Shown: positions 47,466 through 59,942 of the stretch, piece after piece
Position numbering within the stretch: the first letter of the stretch is position 1
Layout of the letters: every line of letters starts with the position of its first letter
NCBI GenBank assembly: GCA_030704615.1
Contig: CM060734.1
Span: forward strand, 50,902,001 to 50,966,000
From: Takakia lepidozioides
Lineage: Eukaryota; Plantae; Bryophyta
DNA length: 64,000 nucleotides
Direction of reading: 5' to 3'
Made by a program: the position numbers and the translations under genes
Notes under the pieces: generated by a model
Seen by the model: the letters and a program-made list of their open reading frames with translations, nothing else
The model's database searches: none
Told to the model about the DNA's origin: nothing

Positions 47466-49587
47466 GTGAATGGAACTTTGAAATTATATGAGTTGAGATT
47501 TGAAAAGCTGGTCTGCAAGAAGGAAAGAATATAATGGGGAGCTAACAAGCCAAGCTAGCTACGTGGATAGCATATATATACTTGCAGCATTAACTTGGAT
47601 GGGACGTCTCTTTGAGCGAACTGTGCAGCTAATGAGGGCGTCCTGGGTTCAAATCTTCGTAACTAGAAGATCTAGGCGTATCAGTTGGACGCTCGGGAGA
47701 AGAGATTATTTTGCATATATGTAAAGAAAGCCCACCGACAAAGAAGGGAGAGAGATGCTCGGTCACATAACTATTCTTGACCGAAAGAGGATATTCGGGC
47801 ATCTGTGGCGGTCGTCTCTCGGCCAGCTTTCGACGGGGCTCGGGGGACGCAGTTCCTCGGGGGCCTATATACGTCCGTCAACGCATCGTTCTTCTCCTCC
47901 GCGGCGCAATCTCTTGCATTAGCCTTCTGAGTGTTCTCTGGTGCAGTTCCTCGGTGGCGTACATAGTGTTTTCTTTGGTGCAGGTCAGACTTCTCCTTGG
48001 TGGCTAACCCTCAACCAAGATCAGTCTTCCGTGGTGTTTGTTCGTTTGTGTTGTTGCTCTATTGTTAATGTTGCCTTAGTTCCATAGTACTGTATTGTTG
48101 CTCTATCGTTCTGTATGAGAAGCACAATTGATGGTTGTTCCTCGTACTTCATGTGGTTGCATGGTTTCATAATTGCTATATATCAGTGACCATGGTGGTT
48201 TTGTAGTCGTAGCTCACCAATGTGAGTGGCTCCTCTGAGTTCATTGGTCTCTTTGATTTTTCTCTTAGGATGGTTGGCCTTGATTGCTAATGGTGATTTA
48301 ATATCTATATAAGGGCTCTTCCTATCGTCGGTTTTCTTCTTGCTTTGCCACTTTGGTTGTGGTAACAGTTGGCATGGACTGTTGTTGTTGATGGTTCTTC
48401 CTTTTAAACATGTGTCCGTTGTTCTACTTTACTGTCACTATTGTTCTTCTCCACTAATTGTTCTTCTTGACTCTACTAATTCGGGCTCTGATATGTGGGT
48501 TTGGTGCGAATGGCTTTAATGTCATAGGTTGCCGATATGGGGTTGACATGTCGGTCTTCGCAGAATTTAGTGATCCGTCAGCGAATCCGTAATTGGGTTG
48601 CTGCCGTTGACTACGCAGTCCGAAAGCACCGTCGAAGAATGGCAAGCTTACGGAGGCTTGCAGTTTCTCTGCAGAATGGTCGGGTACATCGTAGCCGGCC
48701 TATAGCCCAGGGCAAAGATCGGGTCGCTCAGGACACTTGTGCTATCCACGAGGCTATCCATCATGGTGTTCGGCAGGTATATTATAGGTCCACAGCTCGG
48801 CCTGTCCAAAGTGGTGCCATGGTACATCCCAGGCCTAGAGCCCAGGCCACTATGCAGACAGCTTTGGAATTTCTGAAGAAGGTCAAGAAGACATTGTTCG
48901 CTGATGAACAGCATGTGTACATAGCTTTTCTTGAGCTTCTCCATATGTTCAGGCAAGGAATTAAGTCAGTCAATGAAGTATACCACGGAGTGGCCGCTCT
49001 TTTCCACAACCACCCTGATCTTTTCGAAGATTTCACTCGAGATTGGTACCCACCAAATGGTGGAGTGGACCGTATGGCTTAGGGATGATGGCCATCGGAA
49101 GATTGGTGGTCGACTGGGGGATAACAAATTCAATATGGTTCTTTATTAAGACTTGATTCTCAAAGATTTCTGGGTGTGGATACTTAGAGATTTTTGTGAA
49201 CTTTTGTGATCGAAGTTCATAGCACATTTCTAGTGTGCACACGTTGCATGACTATAGGGACATTGAATCTTTCATTTTTGTCTTTCTTAAGTCTTAAGAG
49301 CAAAGATCAATATTTCTCTAAGTACCTGATGTTGGGACTTCAATAAAAACTTCAGATTCAATGGGATTTGATATGTTTGGTGTGGGAAGAATGCTTTTCT
49401 TTTTTATGATCTATATGTTCTAGATGAAGTCACTATTGTTGGAATAGTAAGCAATAATTTCGAATCCAAACATTTAAGCTGCAGGCAGCAAATGGCCATT
49501 GTTGCTTACGAAAGGTATATATGCTGAAGCTGCTCAATATTATGATATAATAACTAACTTACGAAAATCTTTGTGTATGCGAGTACT
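47466..49587 (+). repeat. Duplicated unit copy C
   Basis: Direct repeat of 16197-18757. Confidence 0.88.
48537..49082 (+). CDS. Single-PAH-domain protein, copy C (181 aa, intact)
   Basis: ALEFLKKVKKTLFADEQHVYIAFLELLHMFRQGIKSVNEVYHGVAALFHNHPDLFEDFTRDWYP is a complete PAH domain. Confidence 0.78.
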   Translation: MGLTCRSSQNLVIRQRIRNWVAAVDYAVRKHRRRMASLRRLAVSLQNGRVHRSRPIAQGKDRVAQDTCAIHEAIHHGVRQVYYRSTARPVQSGAMVHPRPRAQATMQTALEFLKKVKKTLFADEQHVYIAFLELLHMFRQGIKSVNEVYHGVAALFHNHPDLFEDFTRDWYPPNGGVDRMA

Positions 49588-49619
49588 CGTCTTTGGCTGT
49601 CTCTCTCGATTCCTGTCGG

Positions 49620-50179
49620 CTCACTAACATCCGTAGTTTCTTGGCTTTGAACAGAATCTGCATTTGGAACTTTCCATAAAGAGAAGTTATCACCGGTGAA
49701 CTTCTCAACATTTGCAATATCCTTAGAAACAACTGATACACTCATGTTGTCTGTTATTCTTAATCTATTCTAGAAATACAGAAAAAACAAACTCTACCCC
49801 ACAGCGACTTGCGAGGAGTGGGCCCATAATATGATGAAATGCTACAAAGAACGATTAACAAAGGATGCACTCATATGCAGGAGCTTTGTCTTTTGCTTAA
49901 GATCAGTCGTAGAAGCACAGTGCATTACATGTTCAACAAGAAGACAACATCACTACGCTAATCTACAGACTATGTAGATCCCACCAGCGGAGCATGGAGG
50001 GAAAAATGCCCGTTCAAAATAGGTGGTCCAAGTGAAAGACAGGTGTCACTAGCTAAGCCGTCTACTTGGACAGCCTGGACATATATCAAGAATCAACATG
50101 GCTACCAGGGAGTAAACACTAACACTAATCCTGAGATTAATCTACTTGAATAACACTATGCCAGTGTATATTCTCAACA
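49620..50179 (-). mobile_element. Truncated copia (one LTR, PBS, gag start)
   Basis: LTR-like TGTTGA..TCATCA at 50179-49832, PBS-like TTATGGGCCCA at ~49819-49829, gag N-terminus EKFTGDNFSLW-KFQMQILF. Confidence 0.75.
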
Positions 50180-51440
50180 CGATGGGCTGAGGGACGTATA
50201 TAGCTAGGCCACCAAGGAACTGCTCCCCCCAAGCCCCGTAGAAGGCGGCGTACATGCCACCGATGCTAGAATATCCTCTTTCAGTCAAGAATAGTTATGC
50301 TACCGAGCATCTCTATCCCTTCTTTGTCGGTGGGCTCTCATTACATGTATTCAAAGTATCTCTTCTTCACTGAGCGTCCAACTCATAGGCCTGGATCTTG
50401 TAGTTACAAACTTACCAAGCGTTGAACGGAGGACGATGCCCAGCTGCACGGTTCGCTCAAAGAGTCGGTCCCATCCAATTTAATGCTGCAAATATATACA
50501 GGCTATTCACCTAGCTGGCTTTGGCTTGCTAGTTCCCCATTATAGTCTTTCCTTCTTGCCCATCAGCTTTTCACCTGGACTCATATAATTCCAAAGTTCC
50601 ATTCACATGTTTTTGTGTTGGTAAGACTAGCAAAGTGAGGCCTGCTGCATTGATTTGAGGGATTGAATACATATCTCGTTAAATTACTAATTTGCATTTC
50701 GTAGCAGTGGTTGTACTCTAATTGCAATTTGCTGCAGAGGTGTGTTCATGACATTACAAACCTTTGCAACTGAGTCTCTCTCACAAACATCCCTCTCACT
50801 AATCACTTGTGTGGCTACCAGCTATGGGGCTCCACATTGTCAATTCAGTAGCGCAAATGATCAAGTACTTCACATGCTCTTTGATCTTAATATCCCCCAC
50901 ATTAATTTGTTCCTATTAACCTACTCGCTTGCAAAAACAACAAGGGAAGTCATGTGCATTGCGCCCTATGCTGCCCTCAGATTCCAAGTATAAATTTGTT
51001 TTATTATCTATGTTCAACCGTCCCCAGAAGAACAAAGCCCATCAGCATGGAAATGGTGAAAGAAAATTCCAGCTTTGAAAATTCAATCCAGGTTTTTAAT
51101 TCATAGACAGATGTAGGTTTGTCTATGACGGCACCCCCTTCAGCATCGATTTTTTTTGGTTTAAAATCCATTAGGATCTGATGACTGAGGGGAGGATTAA
51201 ACATCGGGTGGTTTTTATGGCAGCTCTTTGCAGCTGCTCCAATAGAATGAGAGAAGAACTTCTCAAGGATTTTGATGTCTCCTCGGCCAAGAATGACCTC
51301 CTTCGCTCTAGACTGTCAGATACATAGGTAGTAGAGATTAAATAGTAGAGATTCTTTGAAGATCTGAGCCTATCCTGCACAACTTGAAAGTCATCCGAAC
51401 TCAAATTAAACTTCACATATCTAAGGTATCTCAATACTGC
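50180..51440 (-). repeat. Inverted copy of the PAH upstream block
   Basis: Matches 46402-47460. Confidence 0.85.
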
Positions 51441-51951
51441 ACACATTACTCTAATCATCTACTTTGACAACAACATTGTACCCAAATGAGGGAAGTAGGT
51501 CAAATCCCTTGTCTGCAAGTAGGGGAATAGCCTTGCAAAGATAGTATGCCGGGGATGCTTAGGTCGGTGGGGAAAGTGGGACCCCAGGGGATTGTACACC
51601 ACTGGGGGGTATACATGAAAATACACCGGAAGATATACACCAAGGGGGCTATACAGGGATATACACCTTCATATACAGGAGATATGAATGAGCTGAAAAA
51701 GAGTGTTACTAGTGCTGCATTCAATGTGAGTCTCCATTGGGACAAACGACTAATTCTGATCATGGAATGCAGATAACACTGGATTCGACTGAAGTGATAA
51801 ACTCATTTGAGTATCACTTGATATGACATGAACCTCTTTGCAGAGGATGTGTCAACAAATTGCACAAAACAGAAAGCACAGAAAAATCTTGAAATGCGGG
51901 GTTGAATACTGCCAGTGTCCAGATTCCCTGCTCACCAGTTTCTCAAGGGCC

Positions 51952-52330
51952 CTTCACTCACTCCATAGTCCTGCACTCACATCCTCCACCACAAAAAAGT
52001 TGGCATTGTTCCTCCATGATCTATCTATTTTATTTGGTCCCTTTGGCTTGCAGATTTCAGATTACACAATAGATACCATTCACACTTCGTTTACTAAGGA
52101 ACTGCCTTAAAAAAAGGCTTATCACTAGACTCAAAAACTTCTTTGTATTAGCAGCTTCACCCACTCCATAGGCACTCACATCCTCCACCACAATAAAGTT
52201 TATGGCATTGTTCCTCCATTTATCTGTTTTATTTGGTCCCTTTGGCTTACAGATTTCAGATTACACAATAGATACCATTCACACTTTGTCAACTAAGGAA
52301 TTGCCTTAAAAAAAAGCTGATCACTAGACT
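51952..52330. repeat. ~200-bp tandem duplication
   Basis: cttcac.cactccatag..tcactagact occurs twice (~51952 and ~52155). Confidence 0.85.
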
Positions 52331-53199
52331 AGAAAGCTTCTAGTATTATGCTTTTGTGCCTACCTTCTTAAAATGAGCCACGGACCCTATCACTTGGAGT
52401 CACTTCCATCTCTAACAATTTGAAAATGATTGGTCTCGCACCAGGTTACAAATTACAATGAAGAAAGTAGCCAAGCCAATATACGGCAGAGATTACACAA
52501 GAGTTAGAATTGAAACTTGAACACTGATTATTACCTGATTAGGGAAAAGGCAAGAGAACGTACATAGGCCTCATAGTCTGAACAGAGTAGAGATAGAACC
52601 TGCCAAAGAACTGTCATCTGCATTCCACAGCCATGGTGACCTACCACCTCAGAAGAGGATTTTAGAAAAGGTGAGTACCTTATGTGACAGGACACTACCA
52701 AGTGGGCTCCAAGTTGTTTCCCAGTGAGTTAATATAATAGTACACACCCAGAAACTGGGACTCAGGAGGCTTCGAAACACAAAACTGACATCATTAACGT
52801 AACGGACATTGAAAAGAGAGCCAGATCACTATATGAGAGAGAGCTCATAGCATTATATGAGAGAGAGCTGAAAGCAGTTTGTTCCACAATTTTCTATTTG
52901 AAGCCTCCGGTTCATGAGGCACAACATCACCGAGATCGTCTCCACCTCAATTCATGTCTAACATGCATACTCGAAGTGAAATTGCGGGTAACTGGAGGAC
53001 ACGCCATGGCGGGCTGCATGTAACGTCCAGGAAGGCGATCGCTACAGCTCCTACCAGCTGCAAAGTTCTTGAAAGTGAAAAAAATCGCCAGTAAGCATCT
53101 ACGGAAACCTAATACGGTGAGCCAGACATACATACAATGACATCGAATGGATCGAGGATGTAAGTATGGTGCGCCGTTGAGGATTTTTCGGACACTAAT

Positions 53200-53810
53200 A
53201 CGGTGGCAAATTCGTGATGGATCATCGAATAGTGAGCAAAGCGACATGTCAACCCCATATCAATTGACATGTCGGGCTGCCCACTATCCAATGATTCACC
53301 ACGCAGCCCACGAATGTCGACGAGTTGCAAAGGATTGCAAGCGTACATCGATGTAGCCAGCCTATAGCGCAGGGCGGAAATCAGGTCTGTCAAGGCACAC
53401 ATCCTATCCATCGGGGTGATTGGCTGCTACATCAGAGGCCTGCAGCCCCTGTCCAAAATGGTGGGGTATATTGCAGCCTTCCAGCCCTGCAACCGAGCCC
53501 AGTAAGTAGACCTCCCAAAGTAGTGTCGATCTAGCGCTAGCACTCAAACAGCAATCTCGACCAAATTCTTATAGAAGATCAGTGTGGTTGTGAAAAAGAC
53601 TAGCCGCCCCAGCTTAACTCATATACTCCTTTGCCTATCCATCCTTAGAAGCTCCACAAAGGACTTGTAGACATGCTCCTCATTGGCGAAGCTATCTCGA
53701 TCTTCTTCAGATTGTAGATCCGAAGGCGTAGTTCTGTAGAAGATCGAGGATAGCTTCGCTGATGAAGAGCATGTGTACAAGTCCTTCGTGGAGCTTCTTA
53801 GGATGGATAC
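53200..53810. pseudogene. Rearranged PAH-gene fragments in both orientations
   Basis: MGLTCR-type N-terminal pieces (53200-53480) and DSFA(N/D)EEHVYKSFVELLRM pieces on both strands. Confidence 0.8.
53636..53809. repeat. Fold-back inverted repeat (~71-bp arms, 31-nt loop); candidate hairpin RNA
   Basis: Arms 53636-53706 and 53738-53809 differ by about 6 substitutions and 1 indel. Confidence 0.9.
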
Positions 53811-53814
53811 AATG

Positions 53815-54360
53815 AAGAGAAGTGATCCCAAACTATGGAACAAAGAAGAGAAAGCAAACAAACACCACGGAAGACTGTCCTTGGAAGAGGCTAAGCCACC
53901 AGGAAAAATTTGCACATGCACCAAAGACTGACGAAAGAAAAGACATTACGCAACCATGAAGGAACTGAGCAAAGAAGACTCAAGCTAGAGATTGCGCTGC
54001 AAAGCAACTCTACACCGAACAGTGATGGGCTGATGGGCTGAAGGACGTATATAGCTAGATCCACCAAGGAACTACGCCCCCCGAGGCCCCGTCGTAGGCG
54101 GCGTATATGCGAGAGACGACAGCCCTATCCCTATCCCTATCAGTTATGCTACCGAGCATCCCTATCCCTTCTTTGCCGGTGGGCTTCATTCTCTTTCATT
54201 AAATATATTCAAAGTAATCTCTTCTCCCGAGCGTCCAAGTAAAGATTTCTTCTTTTTATTTACGTTCAACAGACCCCATAAGAACAAAGCCCATCTTGGA
54301 AGTGGTGAAAGTGAATGTTTAAAATTCCAGCTTCGATGATTCAATCCAGGTTATTAACTT
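53815..54360 (-). repeat. Deleted inverted copy of the PAH upstream block
   Basis: Matches 46160-46615 and 47260-47350; keeps TATATA at 54048-54053. Confidence 0.8.
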
Positions 54361-56054
54361 AGAGAGATCTTGAAAGCCTCTGTACCTAGCTATTCCCAAT
54401 ATATCAGTTGATCAGATGTTGCACTTCTTTAAGCAAGATTTGTTTCTGCATACTGTACTGCATAAAACTTGTATCAATTTAACTTAAGAAGGTGGATAAA
54501 CTCCATATTACTGATATTTGTCAGATTTGTCACATTTCTTCTTCTGATTACGTTACCCTAGACCTTTCAGGGACCTGTATGCCCTTTCTAATTAAGTACT
54601 GCTCCTTGATATTCTACCTATCTTGCTATGAACGGGAATTCTCTCAAACACTTGAGGCGTGAATAGATCCATCCTGTTGGTGGGCGCGGAGATGTTTACG
54701 TTGTGCTAGATCTTCCATGTTAATGCACTCTTGCAAGACTAAGAGATCATATAACACAGTATCATTAAATTCCGACTATGGCTCCAGTATGTCGAGAGTA
54801 TGTCATTTCTGCTTCAAAACGTGAAGCACCTCTTCTAGTCGTCTTGCATCACTTTGTTACCTCGCATCCAGTACACAAGTGAATTTGTTGATTTCTTGCT
54901 CTCTTTAAGAGATTCCTGAAGCAATCGGATGGTACAAGGGGGATTCAACTACTGTCGCTGATTGTCGGTGGACTCGAGGTGCCTTCACCTACTTTGAGCG
55001 CCTACGATTCCTGGAAACAACGAAATAACATATTATACATTTCAGAATACAAGGATTCTGCTTTTGGAATAATAACCACAAGGGTGTAGGTTCTAAGGCA
55101 CAATAACGAGGCGGTCTGGGGTTCTACTCTCCGTAGCCATAAGACAGAGGCTTAATCAGTTGGCAGCTTGGATGGCTTGCTGATCAATAAGATATTTTTG
55201 ACTGCATAATAAAAGCGGCAGCTACAAAGAGGGGATATTATTACTACAGAGGCGCCGTCCGTAAATATTCCATACTTAAAAAGGATATTCTGGCGTCGAT
55301 GGCTGCGGTACTCTCTGGCATCAACGACGCGCGTCTTGCGGTTCCTGGAGGGCATGGAGGTCCCTGTCTTCTTCAGTGGTGGAGGTTCCTCACGCTGCAG
55401 TACTTTGGTGGCACAGTCTTCCCATTCAGCCTTCCGTGTGCAGTCCCTTGGTGGCATATAAGTCTCTCCTCACTAGTCTTCGGTGGAGCAATTCCACGGT
55501 GTCTGCTTCTTTTCTTCAGTGGCGTAATTCCACGGTTTGCTTCTTTGTGTTGTTGTTGGCTCAGTTCCATAGTTTTTGACTTCTTAGAAAGACAGTACAA
55601 GTGGCTCCTCTACGTTCTGCAAGAGTGTTGTGGACTATTGGTTGTCGATAGCTGTCGTTGTTTTACTTTCACCACCTACACTATAAGTGGATCCTATGCG
55701 TTCATTACTTCCTTTGATTTCCTTGCCTTCTTCCTTAGAATTTTCGGCCTTGGAGTCTATGACCAATTGGGGTTGGACTTTGCTACTGTGTTGCAGTACT
55801 AGTGGGCTGTCGTTGTGTTATTCCTTTGTCGCTTTACTGTTACGTCCCTGTTCATACAAGGACTTTGAACAAGGGCGTAGAAAATGCAACCATACTGAAG
55901 AGTACTAGTTTGTGGGGGAGAGAGATTGTAAGAGAGAACAATAAATTCTAAATCCCCGCTTTTGGCAAAGAGAACGTGCGGAAGTACCTTCAAGTTGTGT
56001 GTTCTATGTGTTGTAAGCCTGTGAGTTCTCCGCGGGGGTACCAACCTCCAGGGC

Positions 56055-56290
56055 GGGGAAACCTTCAGGGAGGAAGGCAGAGATGTGGGGCACTGGGTCA
56101 CCTTCACTACCTTGTGGAACTCGTAGTACCCAAAGGAAATTCTGCCTACTCATCTCAAGCCCCAGAGCGAGTTCATGAATCTGTGCGGCAGAGAGAGTAG
56201 CTATGCTTCCAAAGGAGATATACAGAACGGATGAGGTTGGCTGTGTGTTCAACCAGTCTATGCACTCATGCTTGTCTGAACTCACTGTGT
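56055..56290 (-). pseudogene. UDP-glycosyltransferase (GT1) fragment
   Basis: CIDWLNTQPTSSVLYISFGS..ELALGLE..NFLWVLR..FLPEGF. Stops before the PSPG box and has no N-terminal domain. Confidence 0.85.
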
Positions 56291-57022
56291 CACTGCCAGC
56301 CACAAAGTGTATCCAAACATTTCAAGTCTTGGTGGCTCTCAATGAGGAACAAGGATCAGACAGCTCAATATGCTGCTATAACACTCTAAAATTGACTGGC
56401 CAGGGGGCCTCACCAACCTATCAGATCTGAAAATTTATAGTTTGTCATTTCAACCATAGGCTACTTGAAGTGATGTAAAAATAGGTGCACTTCGGAAGAT
56501 ATTTGGAAATGTAGATAAAATTTCTCTCGTAAGCATTGTTAATAAGTCACAAATGTGTGTACATATCGGATCCATAAAATAGTTCAATAGTCCGATCAGT
56601 GGTGTTCGCAGCACAGAAGCTGTTCAGCCCTGAAACTAAACCTTCAATATACCACTGCTTGTCATGGTATGCCATAGCCACGGTGATCCCGGGTGGCTTC
56701 GATCCTGCAATCTCGCCTGCAATGTGCCAACCATGCTCTCCTTGGGCAGTGTGTTGAGCAGTAGCCTCTGTAGATTACTATTCGTTTATCCTTTTATCAT
56801 AAACTATGGTGGTGATATTTATCTACACCACTTTTTCCCAATAGAGGGAAATACTAGGCGGCCTATCTGGAATGATGTGGGCAGGATCCTGTGTAAATGA
56901 AAGCCTCAGAGGGCTGCTCTTACACTAATCTTCAGAAGGGCCTCAGGCTCCATTTATAGTGATTCTGCAAGTATGCAGTGGAGGCCGGCAGCTTGGAGTG
57001 GAGGGCAGCTTGGAGCTTCTGC

Positions 57023-59942
57023 TCAGTGCTGTTTGCTCCTTGGTCGCCAGCAGGTGCGCCCTCGGACGATTTCGGCATTCTCTCCCTGAGTGCGAAGTAA
57101 ATGAGTAAACTGGCAATGAGTCTCCACAGCCATCCCAGACCTTCCGAGCTCGGACGTGAAAGCCTCGTCTGCGTCACTTCCTTTCATGCTCAAAAGCTCT
57201 CCGGAGCTAGCATTTCCGTCTATGTTAGCCTCCGCAGTTTGTGGCGCAGTGTCTGTTGCCTGGGGTCTTGTGAGGGATTCCACAACGTCAGAGCTGGTGC
57301 ATTCCCGTCGGTATTCCAGAGTCAGGCTAGTCAGTTCATGAGTCTCAAAGTTTCGTGGCGGAACACTCTGCACAACATTACACCGTTGGTATTTTAGCAT
57401 GATCTTGAACCTACCTATCATCTTTGGGACCAGTAAAAGACCAAATCCTGGAAGGACTAATTATACTACAAGACTTCCTCCTCATGGAATTGTAAATTTG
57501 CAGCAGATTTCTTTTGTTCGTGTGGACGGATCAAAGAGGGATCAAATTGTAGTACCAGTAGTACCCAGCCGATGTACTTGAGGTTGCTCACATGCTGATT
57601 TACGTCCAAATCTCCTTTGCAAGACTGCAGCCCAAGTACAAAATGCACCATAAGACCAGTGTCCAACTGATGTACACCGACACAAATATAATAATATTTG
57701 ACGCCTCCCGAAGGAAGCGTAAATCATAGACACAAACATTTTCTTAGTTGAAAGGGGTCGATCTAAACATCACATGAAGGACAGTTCCGTGAGTTTTGAG
57801 TGTCTATCAATGAGAGAGTTCGTATAACGGTCCCAGTGACATTGGAGTTTAGGTATATTAAAACTTACAGTGAGGTTAGAGCTTGTGAATTCGACTGTGT
57901 GATCGTCAGGCAGTTTAATCTTCGGGCAGACTTGGGACGGTGGAAAAGCCCAGCGGGTTTCAATGAAACATGGTTCAAGCTCGGCTTTAACTTCGACAGG
58001 AAACTTGGAGATGCGCCGGGTGTCTATATTCATCATCACCCATGTGCTGCACAATCCATCACCAAACAGCCAAATCATACGAGTCTCAAATTAGTAAGTT
58101 ATAGACTTTGAATCAGAGTTGAACAATCCCAGTTAACAAACTTCTATACTATGTTCATATAAAATCTTGTTTTCCACGTTATATTCTAAAATAGCTAAGT
58201 TACCAGTTTTACAAGTAGATAGAACGAAAGAACCGCAGCCTTGAAGGAGATTTATGTGTCAATGTGATAATCAGTATTAGAGCAACAGATCCATGATGAT
58301 GTACCTGGTTGCACAAGCAAGGACCTCGCCGGTTTCATGGCTCCGCATCACCCAGTCGCGTCGCATTCCATTCTTGCCAGCGCTCGCAACCCAAGAGTCT
58401 ATCTCCACTACTTCAGGCCTGCACGACAAACAAATAGTAGAAAGAAAGATTAGCTGCCCGTGTCCACAAGTCCAAGTCACTCCTTAGACTCCTGTATGAG
58501 GTAAATCAAGCTGCAACAGCGCAATACCCAGATCAGGCCCCGGGAACCATAAAGGGTTGGGCTGCATGCCATGGAAGTGGGTAAAGTGGTCTATTCATGG
58601 AAACCTGCAGAATCGCTGGATGGACCAGGGCCCTCCATCTCTCCATCAAAGAGAAGACACATTCTTCGTCAATAAGAGTGTCGAATTATCTGGTTTGCCT
58701 AGTGGCCGGATCTCGAGGCGGTGCACAGTACTGGAGCGACTACTGTGGCCTTTTAGTTCTGGGTGTCTGTGGCAAGGTTAATCGTGAAATGGCAAGGTGC
58801 CACGGAGAGACTGAAAATTGGCTGTATCAATGTACAAGAGGACGAACACGTAACACCCGGCGCTGACACTGGGTTTTGCGTCGATCTGAAGGTGAGTGCA
58901 GGTAACTCGCACCACTGTACAATATCTACTGATCCATCATGCTTCATGCAAAACAAGACATATTACAGTACATAAGCTTACCAGGCAGGGTACCGCTGGA
59001 CTTCCACATGCATTTTTGTCACCACCCAGATTAGCCGGCAACGATTCATGGCGCGTGTTGCTCCAAAGCCGTCCCCACTAATACCTAACAGCGACACGTG
59101 ACAAAGTGCCATTTCCTGCAGAATCAACGCTACAACTATAAGCCACTTTGATCCAATTCTAAGGACCTTTACAGGTTGATTTTGAGGAACTCAATTGCTC
59201 ACACAGCAAAGATTTCTATGACTTCTTAATTATAAGTGTCCGCCTTTCCCACCGGAAGGCAGTAGCCCTTGGGGGTCAAGTGACACCATAAGTCACGCTT
59301 GCTTGGGCAACGCCTGTCACATTTTATTTTCTGCATGTCACGAAGAACGAGCACGAGCACGGAGAAGTTATCACTCACTTGAAATAGACTAAACAAAGTA
59401 TCAATCGACGTTGCCTTGTCTGCGCCCACTTCATAAGAACGAATTACGAATATCTGTCTGTACATCGAGGAATCCTCCACAAAACCTCCTTGGCGCAATT
59501 TATGCAAAGGGGCCATCTCTTTTCTTCTTCTCTCAATTTCCTCCAGGCTTCTTGACTTCTGGTGCTTAGTGCCTTGAGATGTGCGAACCTCCCCCGAGGA
59601 CGTGGCCGAGAAGCCTGAAGACCGTCCTGCATGAGGAGGAGCAGAACTGGCAGAACTGCTCCGTGTACCAAACCTATAACCCGTGGAGCCTCCAGCGTAA
59701 GTCAAGTTATCGCAAAGCTTCCCAAATTCCCACAACGAATTTTCATTGGTCACCAGCTCTGTTGGTTCCATTAGAGTTGCATGGACGCTTTGAGGTTTTT
59801 GTTTGGAGGAGAATAACGATGTGGATATAGGTTTCCCCGAAAATGTCAAATGTTGGACTTCTGAGGAGGACAACTTCCTCACTGGTGTTGTGACTCCAGA
59901 AAGAGATTTCCACGAAGCTACTGAGTTCAATAGAGCCTCCAT
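57023..59942 (-). CDS. FATB: Acyl-ACP thioesterase, FatB-like, 6 exons
   Basis: GT-AG exons 59942-59379, 59115-58982, 58418-58305, 58046-57869, 57624-57556 and 57367-57023 splice in frame. Motifs YRQIFVIRSYEVGADK, GDGFGAT, LIWVV, GKNGMRRDW, DLDVNQHV and LEYRREC. Ser-rich transit-peptide-like N-terminus. Confidence 0.92.

Noticed and set aside
48537-48560. N-myristoylation signal in MGLTCR starts
   Set aside because: Position 6 is Arg rather than Ser/Thr, so support is weak.
54400-55950. ORFs such as 55299-55802
   Set aside because: No recognisable motif or splice pattern; likely decayed or non-coding sequence.
56004-59942. UGT plus FATB as a metabolic gene cluster
   Set aside because: The UGT is an ~80-codon fragment without the PSPG box, and no other pathway genes are present.
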